This document shows positions 1 through 10,312 of a stretch of DNA of 64,000 nt, one piece after another. The position numbers were made by a program, and so were the translations under genes. This DNA is from Methanocaldococcus sp. 28A (GTDB lineage Archaea; AGJL01; Methanococci; Methanococcales; Methanocaldococcaceae). The stretch is taken from assembly GCA_049852185.1 (NCBI GenBank), contig CP187540.1; one strand, written 5' to 3'. The first letter of the stretch is position 1. Every line of letters starts with the position of its first letter. The notes under the pieces were generated by a model. It saw only the letters and a list, made by a program, of their open reading frames with translations. It did not search any database and was not told the DNA's origin.

Positions 1-6
1 TTATTT

Positions 7-1074
7 TTATTTTATAATTTCTTTAATGGCAAACCATTCAATTATAGAAGTAGGCTTAATAATGCCATTAATAACATCATAAAATAAAATTTCATTTTCA
101 ACTAAGAATTTAAACTCTTTTATATATTCTTTTTTAATAATTTCATAATCTTTAACCATAATGTTATTTTTAAACATACTTAAAATTTTATTTATTTTAT
201 TTTCATCTGTTTCATCAGGAATGTTTGCTATTAAATACATTAAACTATCCGATTCAATATTTATCCATTGTTTTATAGTTTCCTCAACAGTTAATCCTAA
301 TTTTTTATTGTTTATTAATTGAGAGATTTCATAAGGAAGAGATAAATAATTAATTGCATAGTTTATTTCCTCTTCATTAAAGTTTTCTTCTTTTAAAATA
401 TTTTTTATAGTTTCTTTATTTAACCAATCTATTAAATAATATTCTGAGGCATTTTTTAATGTTGAATTTCTATAAATTTCTTCAATAAATAAAGTATCAG
501 AGGTTAAGCAGATAACATGACATAAATGCCTTACCTTTGTTAAATGAACAAATAAATTAAATAGCTCATTTAATAAGGATTTACCTCCATCTCCGAAGCG
601 AAGCGAAGGAGACGCTGAAAATCTTTGATTTTCAGTGTTAAAATAAATATTTTTTAATTTTTGAAGTTCATCAATTACCAAAACAGGTTTTTTTCCATCT
701 TTAATAACAGTTTCAATACTTTCATAGATTTTGTCGAAAACATCATTTAATGATAAATTATTAAAGTCAAAATTCTCCTCTATACCAAATCTAAAGATTT
801 TTAAATTTATTTCAAATCTATTTAATAAGTATTTTTTATTTCCTTTTTCAAAAAATATTTTTAAAAACTCTTCTTTTGTAGGTGTTGCATATCTCCTTAA
901 ATCATAATAAAAAAATATTATATCATCTCTTTTATTTAACTCCTCTATAACTTTAAGCATTACAGTAGTTTTTCCTGAAGATTTTGGTCCATAAACAAAT
1001 AATATAGAATTCGGCTCCAACAGACAATAATTTTTTAAATATTTTACTTCCTTCCCTCTATCGTAGAATTTCAT
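7..1074 (-). CDS. Archaeal P-loop ATPase (Methanocaldococcus expanded ATP-binding protein family)
   Basis: MKFYDR start after a GGTGA RBS; Walker A GPKSSGKT; Walker B LVIDELQ; carries an apparent 16-aa insertion encoded by a palindrome. Confidence 0.88.
   Translation of the reverse strand: MKFYDRGKEVKYLKNYCLLEPNSILFVYGPKSSGKTTVMLKVIEELNKRDDIIFFYYDLRRYATPTKEEFLKIFFEKGNKKYLLNRFEINLKIFRFGIEENFDFNNLSLNDVFDKIYESIETVIKDGKKPVLVIDELQKLKNIYFNTENQRFSASPSLRFGDGGKSLLNELFNLFVHLTKVRHLCHVICLTSDTLFIEEIYRNSTLKNASEYYLIDWLNKETIKNILKEENFNEEEINYAINYLSLPYEISQLINNKKLGLTVEETIKQWINIESDSLMYLIANIPDETDENKINKILSMFKNNIMVKDYEIIKKEYIKEFKFLVENEILFYDVINGIIKPTSIIEWFAIKEIIK
590..638. repeat. Intragenic double-hairpin palindromic element, in frame
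   Basis: tctcc...ggaga (590-612) and ctgaaaatc-ttt-gattttcag (615-635); GC-richer than the host gene; encodes TENQRFSASPSLRFGD. Confidence 0.7.
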
Positions 1075-1113
1075 AATACTCACCTTATATAAACAAAAAG
1101 ATATTTAAAATTA

Positions 1114-1854
1114 TTAAGACTTAGAGTGTAATTTCCTCATCTCTTTAATTTTTTTTACTAATAACTCATTATTGCCTTCATCTTCAACTTTATTAATTCT
1201 TTTTATTCTATCTTCCTCTTCCCATTTTTTTCCAGTGTATCTCTTTGCTATAACATAAACTTCAGCACTTTCTTTTCTTGAAGCTTGAGGCTTTGTAATA
1301 TAAACCTTTTCAAAGTATTTTTTAACTAAATTTTTATAATCATCTACCATATCTCCATAAAATACCTTAGCTACAAAATTCCCTCTTTCTTTTAGTATCT
1401 CAGTAGCTATTTGTAAGGCAGTAGTTACCAAGTCAATTGAACGAGCGTGGTCTATATCCCAATAACCACTTATATTTGGAGAAGCATCACTTATAACAAC
1501 ATCTACTTTTTTTTCTTCATTTGGGATGAGTTCTCTAATTTTATTTAGGTTCTCTTCTAAGGTGAAATCTCCTTTTATTGCAACCACATTATCATATTCA
1601 AATGGCTTAACCGCTTGTAAGTCAATACCAATAACAAATCCCTTATCTCCTACTATTTCTCTCGCTACCTGCATCCATCCGCCTGGAGCACAACCTAAAT
1701 CCAAAACTATTTTTCCTGGTTTTATTACATTAAATTTTTCATTTAATTGCATTAATTTAAAAGAAGCTCTTGAACGATATTTAAGTTTTTTAGCTAATTT
1801 ATAGTAAAAATCTCTTTTTCTTTGTAAAACCCACCTTTTATCTTTTCTTCCCAT
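1114..1854 (-). CDS. rlmE: 23S rRNA 2'-O-methyltransferase RlmE/FtsJ
   Basis: [31 protein letters not shown] and [10 protein letters not shown] motifs. Confidence 0.95.
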   Translation of the reverse strand: MGRKDKRWVLQRKRDFYYKLAKKLKYRSRASFKLMQLNEKFNVIKPGKIVLDLGCAPGGWMQVAREIVGDKGFVIGIDLQAVKPFEYDNVVAIKGDFTLEENLNKIRELIPNEEKKVDVVISDASPNISGYWDIDHARSIDLVTTALQIATEILKERGNFVAKVFYGDMVDDYKNLVKKYFEKVYITKPQASRKESAEVYVIAKRYTGKKWEEEDRIKRINKVEDEGNNELLVKKIKEMRKLHSKS

Positions 1855-1915
1855 AAGTTTCACCACAAATTTTAAAAATATTAAAAACAATTTTATGTAG
1901 TTAAAATAGGATAAG

Positions 1916-3181
1916 ATGATTTTTATGAGTTTAGGTAAAGATAGTATTTACATATTAATCTCAAATATTTATTCAAAAGGTATGGCATATCTATTTTATT
2001 TTATAACTGCATTTTTGTTAGGAACAGAGGCATTTGGGATTTTAAAAGGTTTAATGCCAATAGTTGATACTCTAACAATTTTATTCTCTTCTGGCATTCC
2101 TCCTGCTATAGCAAAATTTTTATCTGAGGAGAAAGAGGTAAATATTAATAAATACATTCAAATATTATATTTAATGATTTTGTTTTCAATTTTTGGATTT
2201 GTTTTAACTCCCTATGTAAAATATATATTGGGAGGGTATTATTTATCTTTGGACAACTCATTATACTTAGCAGTTGGTTTTTGTATAGTAGCTTCAACAT
2301 TAATAGCCTTTTCAAGAGGAATACTACAAGGATTGTTAAAGATTAAATATCTCTCATTTACATGGATTGTTGAATATACAGTAAAGGTTATTTTAGTTTT
2401 TATTTTAACCCTATATTTAGGAATTTTTGGTTCTTTATTATCAATATCACTATCCTATTTAATAGCAGGGATTTTTGGAATGTATTTAATTTATAAAGCA
2501 TTAAAAGGAAAATTAGACTTTAAAAAATTAGTAAATATAAAAAATATAACAAAAAATATCTTTTCAGATTTCAATTTAAAGGTTTTAAAATACTCAATTC
2601 CTATTGCTTTAACATCATCATCTTATAGATTGTTTGGAGATATTGATAATGTTGTGATAATGTCTATTATGGGAGGATTTTGGAGTGGAATTTATGGATA
2701 CTCTTCTTTAATATCAAGAGGAATATTTATGTTTGCTTCAGCTGTTAGCATCCCTCTCCTTCCAAGAATATCTAAGACAAAGGATTTAAGTTTATTAAAA
2801 GAAGGAATTATCCAAAATACTATATTTTCATCAATTTTTGTTATTGGTTGTTTATTTTTTCCAGAAATTCCATTAATAGCATTTTTTAAAATAGCTAATC
2901 CAGAAGGAATTTTATGCCTAAGAATTTTAGCAATCTCTTCTTTATTTATGAGTTATTATACTCTCATTTCTTCTGCACTTCAAGGTTTGGGATATGCAAA
3001 AATCTCATTTTATATAATTTTATTTGGAATACTTTTAAATGTTGTTTTAAATTTAATTTTGGTAAATGCCTATGGAATTGTCGGAGGTAGTTTAGCTACA
3101 CTAATAACATCAATAGCGGTTTTTTTACTTGGAGTTTTTGCTATTTTAAGAATAAAAAAGCATAATTATTTAATTAACTGA
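1916..3181 (+). CDS. Oligosaccharide flippase (MOP/PST family)
   Basis: Polytopic membrane protein; [18 protein letters not shown] and [11 protein letters not shown] patterns typical of Wzx/RfbX-like flippases. Confidence 0.85.
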   Translation: MIFMSLGKDSIYILISNIYSKGMAYLFYFITAFLLGTEAFGILKGLMPIVDTLTILFSSGIPPAIAKFLSEEKEVNINKYIQILYLMILFSIFGFVLTPYVKYILGGYYLSLDNSLYLAVGFCIVASTLIAFSRGILQGLLKIKYLSFTWIVEYTVKVILVFILTLYLGIFGSLLSISLSYLIAGIFGMYLIYKALKGKLDFKKLVNIKNITKNIFSDFNLKVLKYSIPIALTSSSYRLFGDIDNVVIMSIMGGFWSGIYGYSSLISRGIFMFASAVSIPLLPRISKTKDLSLLKEGIIQNTIFSSIFVIGCLFFPEIPLIAFFKIANPEGILCLRILAISSLFMSYYTLISSALQGLGYAKISFYIILFGILLNVVLNLILVNAYGIVGGSLATLITSIAVFLLGVFAILRIKKHNYLIN

Positions 3182-3966
3182 TACTTATAGTTCCCATTTA
3201 AAAGCTCAACTTTCAATCCTAATTTTGCTGGAATAACTTCTATTCCAGTATTTTGGGAAATATATTCTGCCTCTATTTGAGGATTTGTCATCTTAACTCC
3301 CATGTGGTTCATTATCAATAACTCTGGCTTTTTACTCATTGAGTTTATTAAATCTATAGCATCATTTGAACATAAATGTCCTCTAATCCTTTCATTTTTC
3401 TTTCTAACAATATTTGCTATTAAAATTCTGACTCCATCAAAGTCTTCAATCAATTGAGGTATTAGCTCAGTGTCTGATGTATAGCCAATATCTCCATAAA
3501 TTGTTTTCAACCTAAAACCAATACCAAATGGGTCTCCATGTTTTGTATGTGTTGCCTTTATTGTTGTATCATACAATTCTACTTCATCTCCAGGATATAA
3601 AACCTGAACTTTTTCAAGCTTAGATTGATGATATTTTGATATAACATATTCATACTCTCCAAAACCTTTAACTACTGAGAGATTTCCTAAAAAAACCCCT
3701 CTTTTTTTTGTCATCCCTTGAGTTATAGCTTCAACAATAATTTCTCCATCAGTGTAGTGGTCTGGATGGCAATGAGAGATAAATAAAGCGTTAGTTCTCC
3801 ATGGAGATATTTTTAGCTCGTTTAATCTTACTATTGCTCCCGGCCCCGGGTCTACATGCATTCTAAGTTCATTTGTATGGATTCTAAACCCTCCTGTTGC
3901 CTTTTTTTGTGTTATTGTTGCCCATCTTCCACCACCACATCCTAAAAAAATAACTTCCACCCTCAA
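3166..3966 (-). CDS. Metallo-beta-lactamase-fold hydrolase
   Basis: SHCHPDH metal motif; FLGCGGGR N-terminus; YTSDT. Confidence 0.9.
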   Translation of the reverse strand: MRVEVIFLGCGGGRWATITQKKATGGFRIHTNELRMHVDPGPGAIVRLNELKISPWRTNALFISHCHPDHYTDGEIIVEAITQGMTKKRGVFLGNLSVVKGFGEYEYVISKYHQSKLEKVQVLYPGDEVELYDTTIKATHTKHGDPFGIGFRLKTIYGDIGYTSDTELIPQLIEDFDGVRILIANIVRKKNERIRGHLCSNDAIDLINSMSKKPELLIMNHMGVKMTNPQIEAEYISQNTGIEVIPAKLGLKVELLNGNYKYQLIK

Positions 3967-4021
3967 AATACCACATCTCCACTTTTGTGTTTTAAACTGT
4001 AAAATTATTATATTTAGCCTA

Positions 4022-4534
4022 TTAATCTTTTATCTCTTTACATTCTACTTCATATGTTCCATTTACTGATATTTTTATATAAGGGTAGGTTATAACCATT
4101 GCTGCAAATTCCTTTGGTGGAACAACTTTATAATAAACTACAATTCTGTTATTAGTTTCTGTTATATTTATTATCTTTATTTTATATCCTGCAGTAGGCA
4201 TCTCTCCTAAGTTTATCACTATTATAGTTTTGTTGTCTTCATAATAGTAATAATATCCACTACTTTTTTCTCCAAAAGCTCCATAAGCAATTATTTCATA
4301 ATTTAATGTTTTTGGAAGATTGGTTTTATTATCTATATTATCTATTGTATTGTTGGTAGTGTTTTGAATACTTTGATTTTTAGAGATATTTGAATTACTA
4401 TATATGTTATTTTTTATATTATAATATTTTATTTTATTTTTTTCAGAGATATTTTTTTCAAAAGAGATACAGCCACACAAAGTTACAGAACAAAGAATAA
4501 CAGTAAATAATAATATAATTATGTCCTTTTTCAT
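4022..4534 (-). CDS. Lipoprotein with PrcB C-terminal-like domain
   Basis: Lipobox-like TLCGC; Asn-rich linker; LGEMPTAGYKIKI and VITYPY motifs. Confidence 0.75.
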   Translation of the reverse strand: MKKDIIILLFTVILCSVTLCGCISFEKNISEKNKIKYYNIKNNIYSNSNISKNQSIQNTTNNTIDNIDNKTNLPKTLNYEIIAYGAFGEKSSGYYYYYEDNKTIIVINLGEMPTAGYKIKIINITETNNRIVVYYKVVPPKEFAAMVITYPYIKISVNGTYEVECKEIKD

Positions 4535-5376
4535 TTTCCAAACCTCCTATGTCTCCTTTGATATTCTCTAATAGCTCTTAAAAAATCCACTCTCCTAAAT
4601 AACGGCCAATATATGTCACAAAAATACAACTCTGAATAAGAACTCTGCCAAATTAAAAAATTACTAATCCTTTCCTCCCCAGAAGTTCTAATAATCAAAT
4701 CAGGATTTGGAAATGGTAAATCAGCAGTGTATAAATGCTTATCTATCAGCTCTTTATCAATATCTTCTGGCTCTATCTCTCCCCTCTTAACCTTCTCAGC
4801 TATCTTTTTTACAGCATCTATTATTTCTTGTTGTCCTCCATAAGCTATTGCAATATTTACAAAAAATTTATTGTAATTTTTTGTTTTATCTTCAGCATAT
4901 TTTATTGCCTTTTGAACATTTTTTGGTAATAAATTAATCCTTCCAATAGCCTTAATCTTAACTTCATATTTATGAACTTCTTCATCTTCTGCAATTTCAT
5001 AAAACTTTTTTTCAAAAAGTTCCATAAGTTTATCAACTTCTTCTTTTGGGCGGTTAAAATTTTCTGTTGAAAATGCATATAAGGTAACAACCTTTATCCC
5101 CAAATCCCTTGCCCATCTTAAAACTTCTCTTACTTTTTCAGCCCCCAAGTAATGCCCGTAATATCTATCCTTTCCATAAATCTCTGCCGCTCTTCTATTT
5201 CCATCCATAATTATAGCCACATGTTTTGGTAGCTTGTTTTTATCAATTGATTCTTCTAAAATCTTTTCGTAAATTTTTAAAACTCCAGAATTTTCTAAAA
5301 ATCTATAAAAATCAATGGCAAATCTTTTTCCAATACTCTTTAATTTGTTTTTTATATTATTATCCAAAACACCCAC
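4531..5376 (-). CDS. uppS: cis-Polyprenyl (undecaprenyl) diphosphate synthase
   Basis: HVAIIMDGNRR, YAFSTENF and IRTSGEERISNFL motifs. Confidence 0.96.
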   Translation of the reverse strand: MGVLDNNIKNKLKSIGKRFAIDFYRFLENSGVLKIYEKILEESIDKNKLPKHVAIIMDGNRRAAEIYGKDRYYGHYLGAEKVREVLRWARDLGIKVVTLYAFSTENFNRPKEEVDKLMELFEKKFYEIAEDEEVHKYEVKIKAIGRINLLPKNVQKAIKYAEDKTKNYNKFFVNIAIAYGGQQEIIDAVKKIAEKVKRGEIEPEDIDKELIDKHLYTADLPFPNPDLIIRTSGEERISNFLIWQSSYSELYFCDIYWPLFRRVDFLRAIREYQRRHRRFGK

Positions 5377-6088
5377 CTGTTAAAAATTTAACAGCATTAT
5401 AATACCTCTTCCAATCAGCATTTCTACTTGTATCAATAAAATTAACATTTTTATCTGACAAAATAACAGCTCCATAACCCTCAATTTTACAAATTAATCC
5501 TAAACATCTAAAAATTATATTTCCAGTAATTCCATCAATGGCAATAATAATATTATATCCCTCTTTTAAATATTCTTCTATTAATATACCATTATGTATT
5601 ATATCAAGCTCTCCTCTAAAGTAATTCACAATTTTTTCAGCTTCATATATTGTTTCATCCACTACTTTATTTCTTCCTAAATCACTCAACCTTCCTCCAG
5701 AGAGCACAGCAACTTTTGGTTCAATATTATGGTTCTTTAAAAACTTAGAGGCATATTTTATAATTTTAATTTTATCCTCTAACCTTTCATTTTTATCCTC
5801 GGATATGTCATCAATCCCTACAGGGGACAGTAAAAAAATTTCATTAGTAAATGGATTTTTTAAAATAGATGCTCTATAAAATTTTCCTATTTTTTTTCTT
5901 AAATATGGAATAACTTTTGATGAAGATAGAGAGCCCCTAATAGCTCCTTTTAATTCTTTTGATAATAGTTTATCTATTAACAGTTTATGATTATTAATTA
6001 ACTCTACTTCAATTCCTTCTTCTTTTAATTTTTCATAAGCTTTTAAAATTTCTTTTCTATTTTCTTCTCCTAAACCTATCGCATACAT
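5360..6088 (-). CDS. mtxX: Methanogenesis marker protein Mmp4/MtxX
   Basis: AIRGSLSSS, LSPVGIDD, VLSGGRLSDLGR and DGITGNIIFR motifs. Confidence 0.85.
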   Translation of the reverse strand: MYAIGLGEENRKEILKAYEKLKEEGIEVELINNHKLLIDKLLSKELKGAIRGSLSSSKVIPYLRKKIGKFYRASILKNPFTNEIFLLSPVGIDDISEDKNERLEDKIKIIKYASKFLKNHNIEPKVAVLSGGRLSDLGRNKVVDETIYEAEKIVNYFRGELDIIHNGILIEEYLKEGYNIIIAIDGITGNIIFRCLGLICKIEGYGAVILSDKNVNFIDTSRNADWKRYYNAVKFLTGGCFG

Positions 6089-6097
6089 AGTTATCAC

Positions 6098-7081
6098 TTA
6101 AAACTCGACCTCTATCCCTAAAATATTTCTTTTACCTTTTAAAATATCTTCAGCTATCAAAGCTCCTCCAATAGCTCCACTCTCTCCATATAATGCAAAT
6201 ACTTTTGCCTCAACAAACTCTTTAATTCTCTTTGGAATATCTATTGGATTTCTCAAAGTTCCTATAGAGCCAGCTAAAATAACTCTTCTTTTATTTTTAT
6301 CTAATAGGGGCAATAAGCTATTAATCTCCATAGAGACACTTAAAATTAAACTATCAACAGCTAACTTACAATTTTCATCATTAAAATAGTTATTAATTAT
6401 CTCTTCTTTTGTGTTTTCAACACCTTTGTAAAGCTTAGCTATTTTAACTGCCCCTGCTTTAGAAAATGCTTCATTAGCAGTAATTTTTTTAGCATCTATT
6501 TCTCTAATCATCTCTAAATCTATTGGTCCGTGTAAGATACCAATAGCTCCAATGCAAGCGTCAAATCCTCCAAAGATTTTAGCATCTTTTATTAGTAAAG
6601 TTACAGTGTTTGAGGAAATATCGGATAAAACAAAATCATTAAATCCAAATAACTTGTAAGCATAATAAGCAATCGAAACTTTTTCTGGTGAGGCTATATG
6701 AGAATATAAAGCTCTAAACCTCTCATCTAAGCATTTAACATTTCTATGCAGCCCAGGGATAACAACTGCTGGTAAGCAATATTCTTTAATCTCATCATAA
6801 ACCTTTGTTCCTCCTCCAACCTTCTCTCCAGCCCCTTCGATACTCAAAACTCCTCTATTTTTAACTTTCTCTATGGGAAGGATTTTGCTTATTCCATCCC
6901 CCATAGAGTAAGTTAAAGCAATCAAATCAATATCTTCCAATGGAATGTGCTTCTTTAATTCTTCCAAATAAGATTTCTCTTTAAGCTCTGACCTTTTTAG
7001 TTTAAATATTATCTTTTTATCATTATTTTTTATGCATGTGGTTATTCCAGAAGTACCATGGTCTATCCCAACGGTTATCAT
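6098..7081 (-). CDS. Methanogenesis marker 12 protein (ASKHA/actin-like ATPase fold)
   Basis: VGIDHGTSG, YSMGDG, GAGEKVGGGT and SHIASPEKVSIAY; start moved to MITVG because the ORF-track extension runs into the IS end. Confidence 0.85.
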   Translation of the reverse strand: MITVGIDHGTSGITTCIKNNDKKIIFKLKRSELKEKSYLEELKKHIPLEDIDLIALTYSMGDGISKILPIEKVKNRGVLSIEGAGEKVGGGTKVYDEIKEYCLPAVVIPGLHRNVKCLDERFRALYSHIASPEKVSIAYYAYKLFGFNDFVLSDISSNTVTLLIKDAKIFGGFDACIGAIGILHGPIDLEMIREIDAKKITANEAFSKAGAVKIAKLYKGVENTKEEIINNYFNDENCKLAVDSLILSVSMEINSLLPLLDKNKRRVILAGSIGTLRNPIDIPKRIKEFVEAKVFALYGESGAIGGALIAEDILKGKRNILGIEVEF

Positions 7082-7133
7082 AATAACCACCAAATTGTTG
7101 TTGATACTAAGTTTATCATTTTGTTTTTTATAA

Positions 7134-8268
7134 TAGGACTTTCGCATCCACATTTAAATACTTAGATTAACGATAAACCAATTTCTTCACACAAAGAGAT
7201 TATGGCATTACCAACAGCTATTCGATTTAGTTTTCTTCTAAGTTCGTACCAACTGATATTTTTATCGATTCTAATTTTCTCTAAGAGGTAGAAGGCTCTC
7301 ATAGAAAGGGAGATATGACCTAAAATTGGAAATTTTTTTCTAACGAAGAAATTGCCTGTATTACAGCACTGTTTAACACCCCTATGGAATTCCTCGATTC
7401 TCCAAGAGGCGTTTTTGACCTCTTGGAATTCTTCGAAACTCATAAATAGGTTATTAGTTATATAATATTTTGCCTTTCCGTTTTTGGAAAGGCAGAAGAG
7501 TCTGACATAGCCAACTTTTCGTAGATAAACGATTAATCCATTCTTAGGAATTTCCTTAATGTCTTCGATTGATACCCACTCTCTGTTTTTGGAGAGTTTT
7601 ACCTTTCTATTCCTTTTAATTCTGCAGAGGTAGAATAAACCTAAACTATCGATAAGTTTTAAGTTATCTTTACTTGAATACCAACTATCGAAACAGATAT
7701 ATCTAATATTTAATCCTTTATCCACTAAAGACTTTATTATCTCCCTACATAAATTATTTTTCGTCTTTCCATCTCTTGGTCTGTCATATACTCTAAAATC
7801 GATTGGAATAATATGTTTTCCATTTGTAATTATGCAATCAACGATATGTATGCCTTTAATTACTCGTTTATGTAGATTACTCCAACAATAATAAGCAAAT
7901 TCAGTCGATTTAGAGTAAATTTTATCTATAACAAAGTCATCTATAACGACAATATTATAATCAGGAGTGATAAAATCTTTAACGAAATTAAAAAGCTTTT
8001 CTTGTGGGAAGATTCCTTCTTCCCAAAGTATTCTATTTATTGTATCGTGAGATATGTCGATTCCGAAAATACGCAACGTTTTCGATAACTCTACACACGA
8101 ATTAATCTCTGAAAGTAATATAAAAAGCATATAAAAGATAGTCCTCGACATTTTTAGCATATTTTCCCCAAAATAAACTTTTTGTTTCGAAAAATTATAA
8201 TATCTAATAAAAATAGATTATCATGAAATGTTATAATAAAATATTTAAATATGCTTGCAAAAGTCCTA
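7134..8268 (-). mobile_element. IS701-family insertion sequence, apparently intact
   Basis: Imperfect terminal inverted repeats taggactttcgcatccacatttaaata (7134-7160) and tatttaaatatgcttgcaaaagtccta (8242-8268); TTATAA on both flanks (7128-7133, 8269-8274); single DDE transposase. Confidence 0.88.
7162..8160 (-). CDS. DDE transposase (IS701 family)
   Basis: ISHDTINR, VIDDFVIDK, PIDFRVY, FDSWYSS and WRIEEFHRGVKQ motifs. Confidence 0.9.
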   Translation of the reverse strand: MLKMSRTIFYMLFILLSEINSCVELSKTLRIFGIDISHDTINRILWEEGIFPQEKLFNFVKDFITPDYNIVVIDDFVIDKIYSKSTEFAYYCWSNLHKRVIKGIHIVDCIITNGKHIIPIDFRVYDRPRDGKTKNNLCREIIKSLVDKGLNIRYICFDSWYSSKDNLKLIDSLGLFYLCRIKRNRKVKLSKNREWVSIEDIKEIPKNGLIVYLRKVGYVRLFCLSKNGKAKYYITNNLFMSFEEFQEVKNASWRIEEFHRGVKQCCNTGNFFVRKKFPILGHISLSMRAFYLLEKIRIDKNISWYELRRKLNRIAVGNAIISLCEEIGLSLI

Positions 8269-8283
8269 TTATAAAATACATTT

Positions 8284-8548
8284 TTTACAATCTATTTGCT
8301 AATTTTATGGATATAGTCATTAAAATAATTTCTTCATAGCTAACTTTGATAATCACTTGCAAATTGTGATTTAACTCTCGCTATCTCCTTAGCAAACCAT
8401 CATAATTTAGACTACAAATTTTTCCATCATATTAGTGGCTGTTTTTCTCCGAACTTGAAATCGATACCTTGCTTTTCTTTGAGATTTAGCCATGTGATTT
8501 TTAATTTCTGTAAAACTGCTTGTGCTGATTGCGAAGAGGTTTATAAAA
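8284..8548 (-). pseudogene. tnpB: Heavily decayed, internally deleted tnpB (IS605/IS607/IS1341-type) remnant
   Basis: Minus-strand fragments in different frames, in TnpB order: SQSAQAVLQKLKITW, WFAKEIARVKS, RNYFNDYIHKISK*IV. Confidence 0.7.
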
Positions 8549-8748
8549 AGATATAAAGATAAAAAATATAATAAATAATATATAAAAAAATATAATTAGG
8601 GTTTAAAACAGTTTCCTGGTTTTTGTAGCATATTGTGTAATATAAATAATTAAGAGGTAAATATTAATTTATTGGCTGATGAGAGGGCATTGCCTTCGAG
8701 GCTAACATACTATGATAAGCTATTGAAATGGAAAATGGTGATTAAACA

Positions 8749-9984
8749 ATGACTATACATAAAGATGTAATAAAAGTGGGAGTAGGACAATCTGAAAATC
8801 CTAAAGAGGCTGTAAAAGAGGCTATAAAAATGTCTGGAGAACCTAACTTAACAATAGTATTTTCTTCATCTAATTTAAATCCTGAAGAAATTTACAATGC
8901 TATAAAAGAAGAAGTTGGTAATTCTGCAATAATTGGAGGCACAACTGCTGGGGAATTTTCAAGTGCTATAGATAAACCAAAAACCAATACTGTTGCTGTT
9001 ATGACTATAAAAAGTCCATATTTAAAAGTTGGTATAGGTGTGGGAAAGAATATATCCGAAAAACCATTTGAAAGTGGAAAAGAGGCTATTAAAGAGGCAT
9101 TTTCTTCATTAAAAAGTAATCCTACGGCTTCGGCAATATTATCAATATCATTCATGAAAAAAGATAGTTTAGATATTTTAAGAATGAAACCGTTTGTAAA
9201 TATTGTAATACCTGATGGGTTATCAGGTCATGAAGAAGAGTTTTTAAGGGGAATAGTTTCAGAGATAGGTTGTAATGTGCCAATTATTGGAGGTTCTACA
9301 GGAGATGATTTAAAATTTGAAAGGACTTATCAATTTGCAAATGGAGTTTATACAAATGTAGGAGTTGTTACTACGTTAAGTAGTGCTTTAAAAATTGGAA
9401 CCGGTTATGGACATCCATACATTCCGACAAAAAAGGGAGCTGTTGTTACAAAGGCTAAGGGTAGAGTTGTTTATGAACTAAACCATAGACCAGCAGTAGA
9501 AGTTATGAAAGAATTACTAAATGTTGATGAATTAACTCCAGAAATTTTTGCTCAGAATCCTTTAGGTGTTAAATCTTCAGATGTTTTTGGAGAATATACA
9601 ATAAAAAGTGGAATGTGTGCTAATGATGATGGAAGTATAACCTTCTATGCTGAAGTTCAGGAAGGGGCTTATTTGACATTAATGGAAACTAATAGGGAAT
9701 ATGCAATACATTCTTTTAAAAATGCATTAAAAAATGCTATAATTAATGCAGGTAATCCTAAAAAAATAGGGGCAGTTATAATTTTCAATTGTATATTAAG
9801 GCATTTACTTAATGAACGATTAAATATTAACGATATGGAAATAATAAGGGAAATGCTTGGAGAAGTCCCAGTAATTGGATTTAATACTTATGGAGAGCAA
9901 GGAACTACTAAGGGTGGCTCTATAGGGCATTACAATCAAACAGCGACAATATTGGTAATAGGCAATGAAGCAATATCTGAATAA
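8749..9984 (+). CDS. Stand-alone FIST N/C domain sensory protein
   Basis: IIGGTTAGEF, PDGLSG, PIIGGSTGDD, FNCILR and GFNTYGEQ motifs. Confidence 0.9.
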   Translation: MTIHKDVIKVGVGQSENPKEAVKEAIKMSGEPNLTIVFSSSNLNPEEIYNAIKEEVGNSAIIGGTTAGEFSSAIDKPKTNTVAVMTIKSPYLKVGIGVGKNISEKPFESGKEAIKEAFSSLKSNPTASAILSISFMKKDSLDILRMKPFVNIVIPDGLSGHEEEFLRGIVSEIGCNVPIIGGSTGDDLKFERTYQFANGVYTNVGVVTTLSSALKIGTGYGHPYIPTKKGAVVTKAKGRVVYELNHRPAVEVMKELLNVDELTPEIFAQNPLGVKSSDVFGEYTIKSGMCANDDGSITFYAEVQEGAYLTLMETNREYAIHSFKNALKNAIINAGNPKKIGAVIIFNCILRHLLNERLNINDMEIIREMLGEVPVIGFNTYGEQGTTKGGSIGHYNQTATILVIGNEAISE

Positions 9985-10022
9985 TAAAAATATTAATACT
10001 TTATCTTTACTTATTATTTTTA

Positions 10023-10108
10023 ATAGGTCTTTAAATATATTGTATTGAATATAGACACCTAAAGGTGTCAGAGTTCTAAATTTGATATATAAAGTGCGAA
10101 AGTCCTAT
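10023..10108. mobile_element. Short palindromic MITE with IS701-like ends
   Basis: Left end ataggtcttt; right end tgcgaaagtcctat matches the IS terminal repeat; internal hairpin gacacc-taaa-ggtgtc (10054-10069). Confidence 0.72.
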
Positions 10109-10312
10109 ACTCATTTTATAAGGTTTATTGAGTTATTAAAAAATTTTTGATATTTTTATATGTAAATTTATTGAAAGAAAAGGATGTTTCGAACATCGTT
10201 TTTTAGATTAAAATACTGTTAATAACAAAAGGTGATATTAATTATTAATTGCGAAATAATTTTAGGATAAAACACCAAACTTATATTTTAGTAAAAAATA
10301 AAAAGTAATATT

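Noticed and set aside
7082-7153. N-terminal extension of the marker 12 protein
   Set aside because: The upstream codons come from the IS terminal repeat; the conserved domain starts at 7081.
8674-8730. Possible C/D box sRNA (ctgatga...)
   Set aside because: No convincing D or D' CTGA boxes or terminal stem; it resembles a remnant of the gcattgc hairpin repeat at 55895.
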